NCBI GenBank assembly: GCA_000708835.1 | Contig: DF237124.1 | Span: 1-64,000 of the forward strand | Direction: 5' to 3' | Length of the DNA: 64,000 nucleotides | Origin: Klebsormidium nitens | Taxonomy: Eukaryota > Plantae > Klebsormidiophyceae | Shown here: positions 48,304-60,383 of the stretch, in pieces | Layout: every line of letters starts with the position of its first letter | How positions within the stretch are numbered: position 1 is the stretch's first letter | The notes under the pieces: generated by a model | Databases searched by the model: none | The model's input: the letters and a program-made list of their open reading frames with translations, nothing else | What the model was told of the DNA's origin: nothing | Position numbers and translations under genes: made by a program

Positions 48304-50770
48304 ATGCAGGATACGGCAGGAGATATGTTCATGGGTGCCTGGATGGACCCTAGCCTGATGACGCCAGAGCCGCTCCTGACAGGAGACCAGAACGCTGCGT
48401 GCCAGTGGCAGTGGCCCGCTTTTGAGAAGACAGAGGAGAGGTAAGGCTTTCACAAGGAAACGCTAAGTCTTGTGGTTATGACTAGATTTCTGTCGGACAT
48501 GAACAATATGATGACGGCGCGGCGCTTAGTCACTTCTTGTTCTGCTTGCTTGACTTACCAGATCTGTGGGCTCTTCTTCCAGAAAGCTGCCCCAGTATCC
48601 ATTTGCATCAGTTACATTCCATAGCAAGATGCCTTTTCCATCATCAGGTTGCATAATTTGCCAATTAAACGTGCCCTGGAATTGTTGTCAGCCAGCACTG
48701 AATTCTGGACAGGGGCTCGACAGACCTGCGAGCTGCGGAATATTATCTAGCATAATTATTGGGCCATCCCCGTAGGCCCAGCCATTATCTGTTAGAGTAC
48801 CATGTTCTGTCAACATTGTGGGCCTTCTGAGCTCCATGGCTTGCATTCTGACTCAGCTTTCAGCAATTTCTAAGGTGTGCAGTGCCCTCGGTTCTTTATG
48901 CTTTTGTTCCTTCTTGATGGCTGGTCTCAATCATGACTGCCATTGAGTAGTGCATCTACTGCCCAGATTCGACGGAAAGGAGGTTGGGGAATGTAGATTT
49001 TGCCGGGGGCAGAGGCCTTAGGCTTTGTGCCCAATGCCCTGTAGCGGAAGATTCCAGTTTGGGTAGCCGCCGACGATGTCGAATGCCTGCCCTTTCCTGC
49101 TCATGTGGCATGAAGCAGAGGTAGAGACTGAGGACAAGTTTGCAGAGAGCTGACAGTCGAATAAGCACGCAGCATGTGCCAGACCTCTTGTCGCCATACC
49201 TGGAACATCAGCAGAATGAGCAACATGTGAATTTTGCAGTGGACAAAGCGAGAAGGGCCCTTCATGCAAGAAGTCGGGCAGCAGAAAGAGGTGAGTGACT
49301 CGGTGGACCAGCTCGTCACCATGGGAGTACGGAGACTAGCTTTTTGACAAAGGCAACAGCATGCTTTGTGGAGCTCCGGTTGCGAAGCAGCAAAGCAGCC
49401 CCCTGAATTGAAGAGGTTTGGGGGGACTGAGCCATATTGGGTAGCCTACCCTATGTAAAAGGGACCAATGCAAAGGCGAAGAGTAGCATAACCCTAGGAC
49501 GCCTCAAGGAAGCCACCAAGGCAAGGATGCCCTTAGAGCATAGGGTAGGTTCTCAGCAATGCTGCAGTCCCGAACTTGCTCTCTGTCAACTGGGAGCTGT
49601 TAGCATTATTGAACCATAGACGGCATCCCCGAGTTAGCAACGTCATTAATTGTAGGGAGTTGCAGAGTTTGACAGCCTTCATTCTCAGAGCAACCATAAG
49701 CAAGCTTGAGGCAAGCAATGCTGGATTTGAGTGCTCCACCTTCGCTCCATATCCTAACCTGAGCACCTGCGGTTCTAGTCGGAAGCATTTGATTGTGCGT
49801 TGTGCTTTGAGCGGCGTTAATCAGAGTGGTTAAATTGCATGTCCTGCTGCTTGCAGGCAAAGAGGGGAGCAGTCAGTGGCTGCTGCAGACAAGGCTGACC
49901 GGGAAAGGGAGCGCCGCAACCGGCTGCACGCAAAGTTCATGGAGTTGAGCCAGCTGCTAGACCCGGGGAGGCCACCCAAGACGGACAAGTCCACCATCCT
50001 CACAGATGCGGTCCGCGTTATCGGACAGCTGCGGAACGAGGCGGAGCAGCTCAAGGAGTCCAACACCCAGCTTAGGAGCAGCATCAAGGACCTAAAGGTA
50101 GGCGGTGCTTTTGTTCCGCTGCTGGAATGCTCCATGCGAGAGTGCTCTGCTCGATTGCTGCTGCTCTGTGGTATGTTGTCCTGGAGGCGGCACCGAATCG
50201 ACCGTCTGGTCCAGAAGCAGGCACCAAGTATTGAGCATTTTGGGAACTTGTATTGCTGGTCGAGGGTTTGTATTTGGTAGGGTTTGCATGCAATATGTCC
50301 ATGACTAGACTATGTTCTGCGGAGCGGAAGGGTATTTTCCAAGAACACTGTGCTGACCCAAGTGTTGCCAGCATTGTGGATACCTCAGGCTCAATGGTTG
50401 CTCCTCGCTTGCTTCGAGTCTGTTGAGCTCTGACATGCTCTATTGCAAGCTTGGGAGAAAGTTCTTTTCGTCACAGGAAGCTAACGTTCATGTTTGTTGT
50501 CTATTCCAGGTTGAGAAGAATGAGTTGCGCGAGGAGAAGGTCCGCCTCAAGAACGACAAGGACCGGCTAGACTTGCAGGTCAAGACCATGATGCCGCCCA
50601 GCTTCGGCCTGCCCCAGGCAGCAATGGCAGCCGCATTCGCTGCTCAGCAGCAGCATAAGCTGCAGGCGCCGGGCCAGGCAGCTATGGGCAACTTTGGCAT
50701 GTGGCAGTTCCTTCCCCCACAAGTACTGGACACGTCTCAGGACCATGTGCTGAGGCCGCCGGCTGCTTAG
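48304..50770 (+). CDS. bHLH transcription factor, subgroup IVc (ILR3/bHLH34/104/115-like)
   Basis: Exons ~48304-48440, 49240-49290, 49857-50097 and 50510-50770. Contains GSRKR, RERERRNRLHAKFMEL..LDPGRPPKTDKSTILTDAVRV, the leucine zipper EKNELREEK and the C-terminus MWQFLPPQVLDTSQDHVLRPPAA*. Confidence 0.9.
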
Positions 50771-51822
50771 AGCCGAGGAATGTTGTGTCAAGAGTCGCGG
50801 GAGGAGAGCAGAGGTGGCACTGGTCAGCCACCTTTTGTTTTGTATTTTAGGGCGGTATTTCTGAGGTGGTGCCAGGGCCACATTTTTCGGACGAGAATTT
50901 GTAGCCATCTGTTACAGTGTTGGTCCTTAATAAATGGACCTCGCTTGTGCAAGTCTTTGTTGCCAGATCAAAACGCTGCAGATGATTGCATCGTTTATGA
51001 CTGCGTGCACCTGATCATTCTGCACTAGGCTCTATGAGCGCTCCTGTTTTGTAATCGCCTGGGTCGGCATGCGTGGAAGGTACTTTCAGGAACTTAATGA
51101 TTACAAAGAAATCATGCAAGGAATACTGCAGCCTGCTTGGTGCGAGCTTGCGGGCTGGGCAGGGCTCATTTGCATGTGCAATGTGTGCATGGCCAGTTGC
51201 TTTTGGATGCACATTGCAAGTCAAAAATCAACAACGGCGAATGTGTCACCGTTCACATAAAGTATGTGCTGGAGCACATGCACCATTGCATGAGTGTAGC
51301 TGAAAGAGCAGCTATACATAAGCCTGTAGCTAGGCGCAATACATGCTACTACATGAAAGCGGAAAGGGTATGATGCAGATGGCTGAGTCATCGTCATGCA
51401 CATCAGAAACGGCTGAATGAGCAAATTTTGTGTGCGTAGTGCGATACACAGAGAAATCTTTTCATTTAATTGCGCAAGCTGGAGTCGAGTCGACTGCAAG
51501 CAGGTTGAACAGTTTCGGTACACAAATGCTCTCCCCATAAATAAGATAGCCTAGTTTACAAAGGCTGTGCATTGACCAATGTCAAGGCTTTAATTACGGT
51601 CAGGCTAAGCGAGCAATTTTGTTATGCAGCGGACTTTGGCGGGGGCTTGCTAGCAAGAATGTTGCTTGTATGCAAGGATCACTCCGGCAACTATTTACTT
51701 ACACAGCGAACAATGAAGACCTTGCTCATCTGCATCTCAGCAGGGAGATGGAGGCAAGGAAAGAATTAACAATCATGAAACCTTGACCAGCTTACTGGAC
51801 ATTTTAACGGACCAGGAAGCAC

Positions 51823-54800
51823 TTATGCAGGCGGCAAATGTTCCAGCAACCACGCCCTGATGTCAGCCACTTCTTCGGGACTAACGCTATGGCCCACCCT
51901 GCACAACAAACCCCCCACAACGATCAATGATAACGATCAATGACACGTATCTTGGCAAGCCTCATGAAACCATTGGTTGATACAAAAGTTGCTCTTCGAG
52001 CCTTGCAATAATGAGCGTGTGCCCTGGATCTTTCAAACAATCCTTCATGTAGTTAGAAAGGGACGGAGTGCAAAGGAGGAGCATTCAACTGTGCATAATA
52101 AGATCCAACACATATGTATCCGCTTCCAGACATTGCCAAGGGCGGGCGACCTGCAGACCTGAAAAGAAAAGCTCTGGAGGTCCCTGCAGTATAGCAGACT
52201 CCATAACATCAGCTTTCAATCTCGGCTCGCTCGTTGGAAGTGGCGACACGCCTGCACCAACAAGAGCGGCCACAAAGCAAGCACAACAGGGATCCCCGAG
52301 CAGATCGCTCACCCGTTGTATGCATTGAACTTCGTCTTCGAGAAGCCGAGCGGCCCCTTCAAGGTTTCCGCCGTCAGCTTTCCGAACTGAAAGTTGACGA
52401 CCGGGTCGACTGCAAGGGAGTGTTGCAAGGTGCTGGTGAGATACGCCGTTGCAAAACCGAAAAAGCATGTCCAGCTTGCTTACGGGAGCGAAGTTGCAAC
52501 CGCCATCACCTTTCAACTCTGTTTTAACGATTAGGGCAGGGTTGGGTTTGATCGCGTTGAGCCTATAGAATTCGCGAGGCGGGAAGCTAGACAAGATTCG
52601 AGGAGCATCCGTTCCTCAAATCAATTGCTGCGAAGCTTGAGTGGCATGAGAAAATTAGAGTCCTCGCAGTTGGAAACAATCATTTATCGCGACTCCGCCT
52701 CTTTCGACAAGAGCTGTCAGTGAAGGAAGGTGCTTCTTAAGTAGGTCAGAGAAAAATCATAACAGGCTATAACTTTGATACCATTGGATCCAGAGCAGCG
52801 ACGAAGACCCCAGCCTTTCCGGGCAGACAATTTATAGTAGAAAACGGAACCGGAAGAACCAGCTTATTAAACACGAGAGCCGGATCCGCCCCGTCTCACC
52901 TGTGCCGTGGCAGTGCAGTATAGGTAGGCGGCCGGCTCTTTCAAGTGCGCCGGCATCAAGGTTTCGTCGCCCCTTCGCCAAGACACTGCAGCCACGGCAA
53001 AAAAATGTCAGTAACAGAAAAGACCATCGCAAAAATACAGCAAGATATCGCAAAGGCCGGAACGTGTTGAGCTCCCTTCAACACACAACGAACAAAGCGA
53101 GATTAAGTCGGTGACTGGCGCTTTCACAAGCGCGTGCCCGATCGTAGGTCAAAACGCAGTTTAACAGGCTCAGAGCAGGCCAAGGGTTTTGCCACGGCAT
53201 AAACAACTTAAAGCTGACTCCAAAGGCCACATGTTTTCAGCATAAGGCCTTTCATTTTCTCAGCATAAGCCGTCGTAGGGATCCAAGCGGAAGTGGACAA
53301 TCGAACGAGGTCAACGATAGGAATCTAAAACTCAACCAAGTGGCTTCTCGAAGAGACCTACTCTGATCCTGAGAGCCAGCCACTGATGCAGGCCGCCGCT
53401 GTCAGGGGCACGCTTGGCGCCGGCTTGCCGTCCAGGTATTTGCCGTAGGTAAGGGAGGTGGCCACGTGGAGGGCCAGGGAGCCCCCCTGACTGAACCCGC
53501 CCACTGCATAACGGACGGGGGACTCCGGGCCTGCACCGTCAACAAAGATAATTGGTTAATGGCCCTAAATGAATCAAGATAAAACCTAGATGATGAAAAT
53601 GTGGATGCAACCATATGCGACAGGCGACTTGACTGGGGCAGAGACGGCTCCAGAATGAGGCGCCCGTGCCGCCGGTTTTTCTGCAAGAGTCGCAAGTTGC
53701 AGAACACGAATCCTACGCGCACAGGCCACCCCTCAAAAAGAACCTTTTGGTTGCGACAGACCCATGAGCGGCCTTTCCACATGAACTGGGCCCCAGACTG
53801 CTTCGAGCCCCAAGAGCCGCGCATGAAAAGGCCTTTCTGTGTTTGGGCGGCCAAAGAAACGATCCAATCGAAAGACGGATATCAGAATAGGGATTCCGGT
53901 CACTTGAGCTAGCGCACCTACCTGCTTTAGCTTTCTCTTTTGCCAAGATGGAGATGACGTGAGCCGCCGCACGGTCCAGCCCTGGCACGTCTTCCTTGGT
54001 GGAAGGGCCGAGGCCCAGCACGTCAAACCCTGTCACGACGAAAGAGACGCTCTCAAATAGCTGGGCGTATCACGTTTCCACTGTCTGCAAGCTGAGAGCC
54101 TTCGAACAGAGCGAGTTGAACGATAGAAGCTTAGGGTGTAACGGGGGTGACATGACTATAACTGACACTGGGTGAGTAAGCCCGAGGCTAACGAGATGCG
54201 AGGCAGCTTCGAATCAAAGTGTTGACTTTGGAGAAGATTGCGTGTTGGGAAAGCCGAAAGATCTAGTCAGAAATCCATACGAGGACACAAGGAGGCAACT
54301 TGGGACGAGATTTGAACTAGGTGTCCACTGAGAAGTTGCACAGCTTTACAGTCAAAAACTTGATGTTAGGTACCCTTGCTCATTAAAAGAGCGTGCTTCG
54401 TAAGGCAGAATGAGACCCGACTCGAAACATGGTCAGCCAACACTGACGTCTAGACATCGTCTACTCATTTGGACAATGAAGCATCGAGGAGAAGAGGTTG
54501 GAAAGAGACTCACAGCCATTCATGGGAAAGCCACCGTTGATTGTGATGGGTCGCGACTCTGCCGATGGAAGGATGAACTTTATCTGTAAAACCAAGCAGG
54601 TTTTCAAGAAACAGTGAGAGAAGAAAGAGATTGACAAGCTGTCGTTTCTGAAGAGAAGATAGTAACACATTCCCTAAGTTACGGAAGGCCAAAGCGAAGA
54701 GAGGACCAGCAGGATAAAGTAGGTCAGATTATGACTCTGAGATTCTAGTTCCACAGCTGGCAGCATCAAGACAAAGCTGGAAAACGCTTTGACTGAAGCG

Positions 54801-55961
54801 AGATACTCACATGCCTCAGGCCAAACGCCGGAACAATGTCTGCCCACCTGTGATACAAAACCAAGTAAGAACAGCACAAACATGTGGTGGATTAGTGGCC
54901 CCAACGTCTGACAGAGCAGAACACAGCTTTCCGGCCAGCTTTTGAGGAGCACAGCTCGTGCTTCAACCCTTCAATCAACGGTCCAGAGCTTCAGTTGAAT
55001 TGAAGTCAACCCTCGATCCCTGGGGTTGTAGCCAAGGGGCTCGCAAGGGTTGGATAGGAGTCCGAGTTCTCCTCCATCTGTTTTGAGAGGCTACCCTGAG
55101 CCAAAGCTGAATCCTCGGAAAACCAGTGCATCCAACGCATGATCTGCTGAGATTGGTGACGGCAAAGGGGATTCAATGGCAGGGGGGGCTCACCCTCGGC
55201 CAGAGTCTCCCAGTCCATGCAAGAAGACCACAGTGGCGGTGTGCTTCTCAGTTGGTTCAATCACTATGTCACCAAGAGCAGGTCGCCCTGCAACACAACC
55301 GCTTGATTGTTGTGACCATCAGCTCATGACCACCCCAAAAGGTGAGCCTGTCCGATTGAATCGGTGATGGACATGGCTCAACTAGTTGTACAGAATCAGT
55401 CAGCTTGATAGAGTCCCAGTACCTCTATGCAATCCCCGACGTTCTTACAAATCCTGCATGATTCAAATCAGTGCGTTCTTTGGCTAGATGAGTTGCCGGG
55501 ATGAGAACAGGGCCCGTACCACTTTTCCATCAAAACTCTGGGATGCATGTGAAGGTCACTTATGATATTTTAGTCACTGCGGAATACTTACATGGTGGCG
55601 ACACTTCAACGACTGGTGCTGCGCTCATCGCGTTTGCTTGAACGGGTGGGAGTTTTCTTCCTGATGGAAGAACTGTTACGAGTCCTCGCCCCAGCTGGGC
55701 AGCGCCGCCAAAGAAGGAACAGCGGCGTGACAGCATGCAACGAGTTTGACTGTGCCAACTAGGACGTTTAAGGCGTTGTGACGGACAACCTCCACCAATT
55801 GTGGAAGAAGCAAGTGGACTGTTGGTGGTGTCAATCAATGAAGGCTGCGAGCTCCAGCTTGGAAAGCGGGCATGCGGCTCGCGGAGCCGACTGTGCTGTT
55901 GGTTGCCAGGCGCCCCTGTCAAGAAACTTTGTCCAGATGCTGCAACCTGGGCACTGCTCAT
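51823..55961 (-). CDS. phospholipase/carboxylesterase (acyl-protein thioesterase-like) with long N-terminal extension
   Basis: Exons 55961-55592, 55287-55194, 54847-54811, 54583-54514, 54029-53922, 53530-53362, 52985-52900, 52409-52313 and 51898-51823. Motifs VVFLHGLGDSG, WFD, GGFSQGG (Ser), LPILHCHG, VDPVV (Asp) and VGHS (His). Confidence 0.9.
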
Positions 55962-56613
55962 ACAGCTTCCCACCGTTTGAGCAAGGGCCATCTGCTGCAG
56001 GTGTGGTCGCTTCTGACCAACCGTGAAACCAACCCTCTAGGCGCTAGCTGCTATAGATCTTCTTCACAACAGGCGCCCACAGTGACGTCGGAGAACGTTT
56101 GGAGGCCTCAACTGTGACTCAATTGTGCTCACAGTGTGAGCACCTTGTGCCAGCTGCAAGATGTGTACTGCTGGCTGCTGCCTCCTCGGCCGACATGCTG
56201 GAAACTAGCTACGGGTGCGTTTTTCGGCCGGCAACGAAGGCCTTTGAAACTCAGCATCCATCCAACGGCTGCAGATCGATGTAGATTGCATAGAAGCTAT
56301 TGAACGGCTATCACCGTCCGAAGCAAAGCGCCGGGATCCAAAAGGTACAACCTGGACCGTCCAAATTGTGTCAATGCCCACGTGCTGAGTGGAAAATATC
56401 GAGACTGGACAGACTGCTCATGACTCATGAGGAGGCCGAAGCAAAGAAGGAAGGAAGACATCACTCACATTCTCCAACCAAGCTGGAGATTCTCCAAGTT
56501 CCACAACCACCTCCCTTCTTCGACTTTTGACATTGTCGCTGTCTAGTAGCAAAGGACATTCCCCATCTCAGGCGCCAGCTGCTCGCAACAGCGTTCAGTA
56601 CAATTCATTCAAA

Positions 56614-58897
56614 ATGGCGACTCTTTCTGGCTCAGCTTATGCTGGAAAGTATGCAGGCAAGTAGTGGGACGTTTTGGCTTGGGTTTATTATTTTGCAAAC
56701 CGTTTGGACCTGGCCTCCTCATGAGTCTCTTCATAGTGCCTTCATTGCATTTGGATCCGTTATGATCCACCTCTTTCTATCTTCCATCTATCTTGCTTGT
56801 TTTACGTTTCAATTATAAAATGTGCTTGTATCGCATCTGCTCCTGCAGATTGATTCAGCTTGCTTCCCCTTTGCGCTTGTGACAGAAGGTTTGTAGTTCA
56901 GATATTTTCTCTAAATGCTTTCAGAATGCATACAATCGCTTTTGCTGCCTGTATTCATTGCATCTGTGCTGGAAGGGGGCCTTGCATAATGCGGTGCTCA
57001 TAGAGCCTTGTTCTCTCTGCAGAGGAGTTGGTGAAGAATGCCAAGGCCATTGCCACTCCTGGTAAGGGTATCCTTGCTGCCGATGAGAGCACGGGCACCA
57101 TTGGCAAGCGCCTCGCCAGCATCAAGTGCGAGAACACCGAGAACAACCGCCGCATCCTCCGCGAGCTCCTTTTCACCGCTCCTGGGGCCCTGCAATACCT
57201 GAGCGGGGTCATCCTCTTCGAGGAGACACTCTTCCAGAAGTCCGCTGCCGGAAAGCCTTTTGTGGACATCCTGAATGAGGCGGGCGTCCTTCCTGGGATC
57301 AAGGTTGACAAAGGTGTTGTGCCTCTGGCTGGGACCGATGGGGAGACCACCACTCAGGGCCACGACGGGCTCGGTGAGAGGTGCGCCAAGTACTACCAGG
57401 CCGGGGCTCGCTTCGCCAAGTGGCGCGCGGTGCTGAAGATTGATGCCACCAGCCCCTCTGAGCTGTCCATCCAGCAGAATGCGCAGGGGCTCGCCCGCTA
57501 TGCCATCATCTGCCAAGAAAATGGCCTGGTGCCAATTGTGGAGCCTGAGATCCTGACGGACGGCGCGCACGATATTGAGAAGTGCGCTGAGGTGACGGAG
57601 CGCGTCCTGGCGGCCTGCTACAAGGCTCTGAACGACCAGCATGTGCTGCTGGAGGGCACTCTGCTGAAGCCTAACATGGTCACCCCTGGATCGGACAGCG
57701 CGAACAAGGTGGATCATGAGAAGATTGCTTTCTTCACCGTCCAGGCCCTCCAGAGGACCGTCCCGGCAGCAGTTCCAGGTTTGCACTTCTGATCGCTGCA
57801 ACACAAGGGTTCTGCTTTACATCTGCTGTCTTCTAGGATCAACTCTGTCAGACTCTATGTAACTCCGTGCTCACTAGTGTGCGCCATAGGTGCTTTTGGT
57901 CGAGCAGACTTTTGCTGACTGAAATTCTTAGACTTCAATGTTGCATCGTCTTTTGAATTCTCCGCATTGCAGTAACTTCGCCTTTTGTCTGAATGGTTGT
58001 CCCGCTTTGATTTTCAAAAAGAAGTTGCCAAATTAATCGACAAGTGGTTTGCTGCAGATGCTCAGCCTTTGCGGTTTTGATTTTTGAAAAAGCATTTTGG
58101 CGAAAGGCATTTAAGGCACAGTGGTGGATGAGTAAATTGCAGCAGAAGCAAGTTTGGGCTGCTGGTGTGCTTTCAGGGAACTGCCATGTTGATACCAAAG
58201 AGGCTATCTGAGGAAGTTGAAAGTGTCAATTGGTGGCAGTTCAGCGCGGGTGTGTCATGACTCCTGCTTTAGTTGACTTTTCACGATGCAGCAGAGCTGG
58301 AGACACGTTTCTTTGCATCCCCGCAGCAACTGCCTATACATTATCTGGTCTCTCTCATCCTTCTTATGCACTATTGATATCTCTTATTCAGGTCAAGGTC
58401 CTGGTGACTTGTGATGGCAGTCACCAGGACTTGTGTTGTTATTCCTACGTCACCAATATTGCCTCACTGTTGGACCGCCAAAATGGTTACAACGGCTAGG
58501 TGTGGTTGGAGCATGTGCCGATCTTTGGCAGCGTATCTGCCAACTCTAATCCTGCTGCATTTTACCTGCTAACATTCCCTGATGGTTGCTCTTCCTTTCA
58601 GGTGTTGTCTTCCTGTCTGGTGGACAGAGCGAGGAGGACGCCACCCTCAACTTGAACGCCATGAACAAGCTGCAGACCAAGAAGCCCTGGACCCTCACCT
58701 TCTCCTACGGCCGTGCTCTCCAGCAAAGCACCCTCAAGGCCTGGGCTGGAAAGGACGAGAACATTGAGGAGGCACAGAAGGTGTTCCTCGGCCGGGCCAA
58801 GGCCAACTCCGAGGCTACTCTGGGTACCTACAATGCCAGCGGGGACGCTGCGGCGGGGGCCAACGAGAGCCTCTATGTCAAGGACTACAAGTACTAG
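56614..58897 (+). CDS. FBA: fructose-bisphosphate aldolase class I, cytosolic type
   Basis: Exons 56614-56656, 57023-57778 and 58602-58897; the first intron is GC-AG. Motifs [63 protein letters not shown] and a C-terminal ...VKDYKY. No transit peptide. Confidence 0.97.
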
Positions 58898-60383
58898 AGT
58901 TTGCTGACGGTACATCTTGTGGAATGACTGCAGCGTTCGTACAGCATTGCTCGGTCCACTGAGCAAGCAGAGGATATAGAAGCAGACGGTTTTGACCGGG
59001 TTCTGGATCAGTGAGAAGAGCGCATATATAGGTCTCAGGAAAGCAGAGGGGTTGTCATGCTTGTTACTGAGTTGTAGCTAGACTCTTCTGAGGCGGTGTC
59101 GTTGCTTCAGGTTTTACAACATAAGAAGGTTCTGCTTCCAATCCTGACGGCAAGATGGCATGTGACATACTGTAAAAGGAGTCTCTAATGGGGAGCCTCC
59201 ATTGCAAACTGTGAATGAACCCAGATCTCAACTGCTGATGGCAGGTCTGAAAGCACGGACCTGACTTATACTACATCAGAGTCAGTTGTTGTGAGTCTGC
59301 CATATGTATAATCGGTTGTAGTAGCATCGCTGTCTATACTCGCCATATTTGGGGAAGACTTAGATGCGATGTATCTCCGACGATGTCAACTGCACCAATG
59401 CATTGATGAAGTCATCGCGCCGCTGAGTTGTGGTGATCTGCAGTATGCTGGAAAAGTCATCCGGGCAAGACATAACTTGGAGCCAACCGTCTCGCATGGT
59501 GATTATTGCCAACAGCATGCATGAATCAAACCACTATCCATGAGTTCAATGCATCAAGCAACGGCAGGGACGATAGTGTACATGCATATACTTCATGTTG
59601 CGCTGCAAGATCGATGATGCCGCATAGCCAACCTAGAGCTGCGTGGATCGGGCTTACGCAGTCAGGCGCGATCAAATCTGAATTCGAGCTATCAAGCTAT
59701 AAGCTCATGTCCAACCAAAGTTGGCAGGAACTAACGCCACCACAAGAGCTAGGCCCCCCGGCCATGCATGTGCATGTGACAGCTCTGAAAATCCTTTGCG
59801 CATTTACACAAGTTGACGTTTGTATACCATGTTGACTGCATGCATGGCCGTCAGGACAAGACCACTCTGTATGCATCCAGGCGCCTCGGTTTCATACTGA
59901 ATTATAAGCATCCACAGAGATCCGCTGCAATCTTGTTGCAGCGCGCCGCTGACTTGTGTTTGAGATACTTTAAGCGCACATGGGATAGTAAGCTCAATCT
60001 GCACGCTGATAATCTTTGATTCGAATGATCAGATGTTCTCGCAATCGTTAGTCACTCGCTCCAATAGACAAAAGCAACTAGTCGTACAAGGAGAAAAACG
60101 TCCTTTTCTTTGCGATTGCTGATACCTTCTATACACCTAAGTATGAACAAGTAAGTTACAGAACTGATAGTGGGATCACCAAAGCCAAACACTACCTGCT
60201 GCAGGACACCAACCATCTCAAACACATTCTGTCAAACTATATACACGCATCGACGACTTACTAACTATACCAGTTATTTTTTAGTCAAAAACTCATCCAG
60301 TTTCTACAAAGTACATTATTTTTTTAACGTGGCTGTTTTACACATACCAACCTGGTTACAGAACATGTCAGCGACGGTGCGTC

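Noticed and set aside
56998-57804. 268-aa minus-strand ORF
   Set aside because: Antisense shadow of the GC-rich aldolase exon 2.
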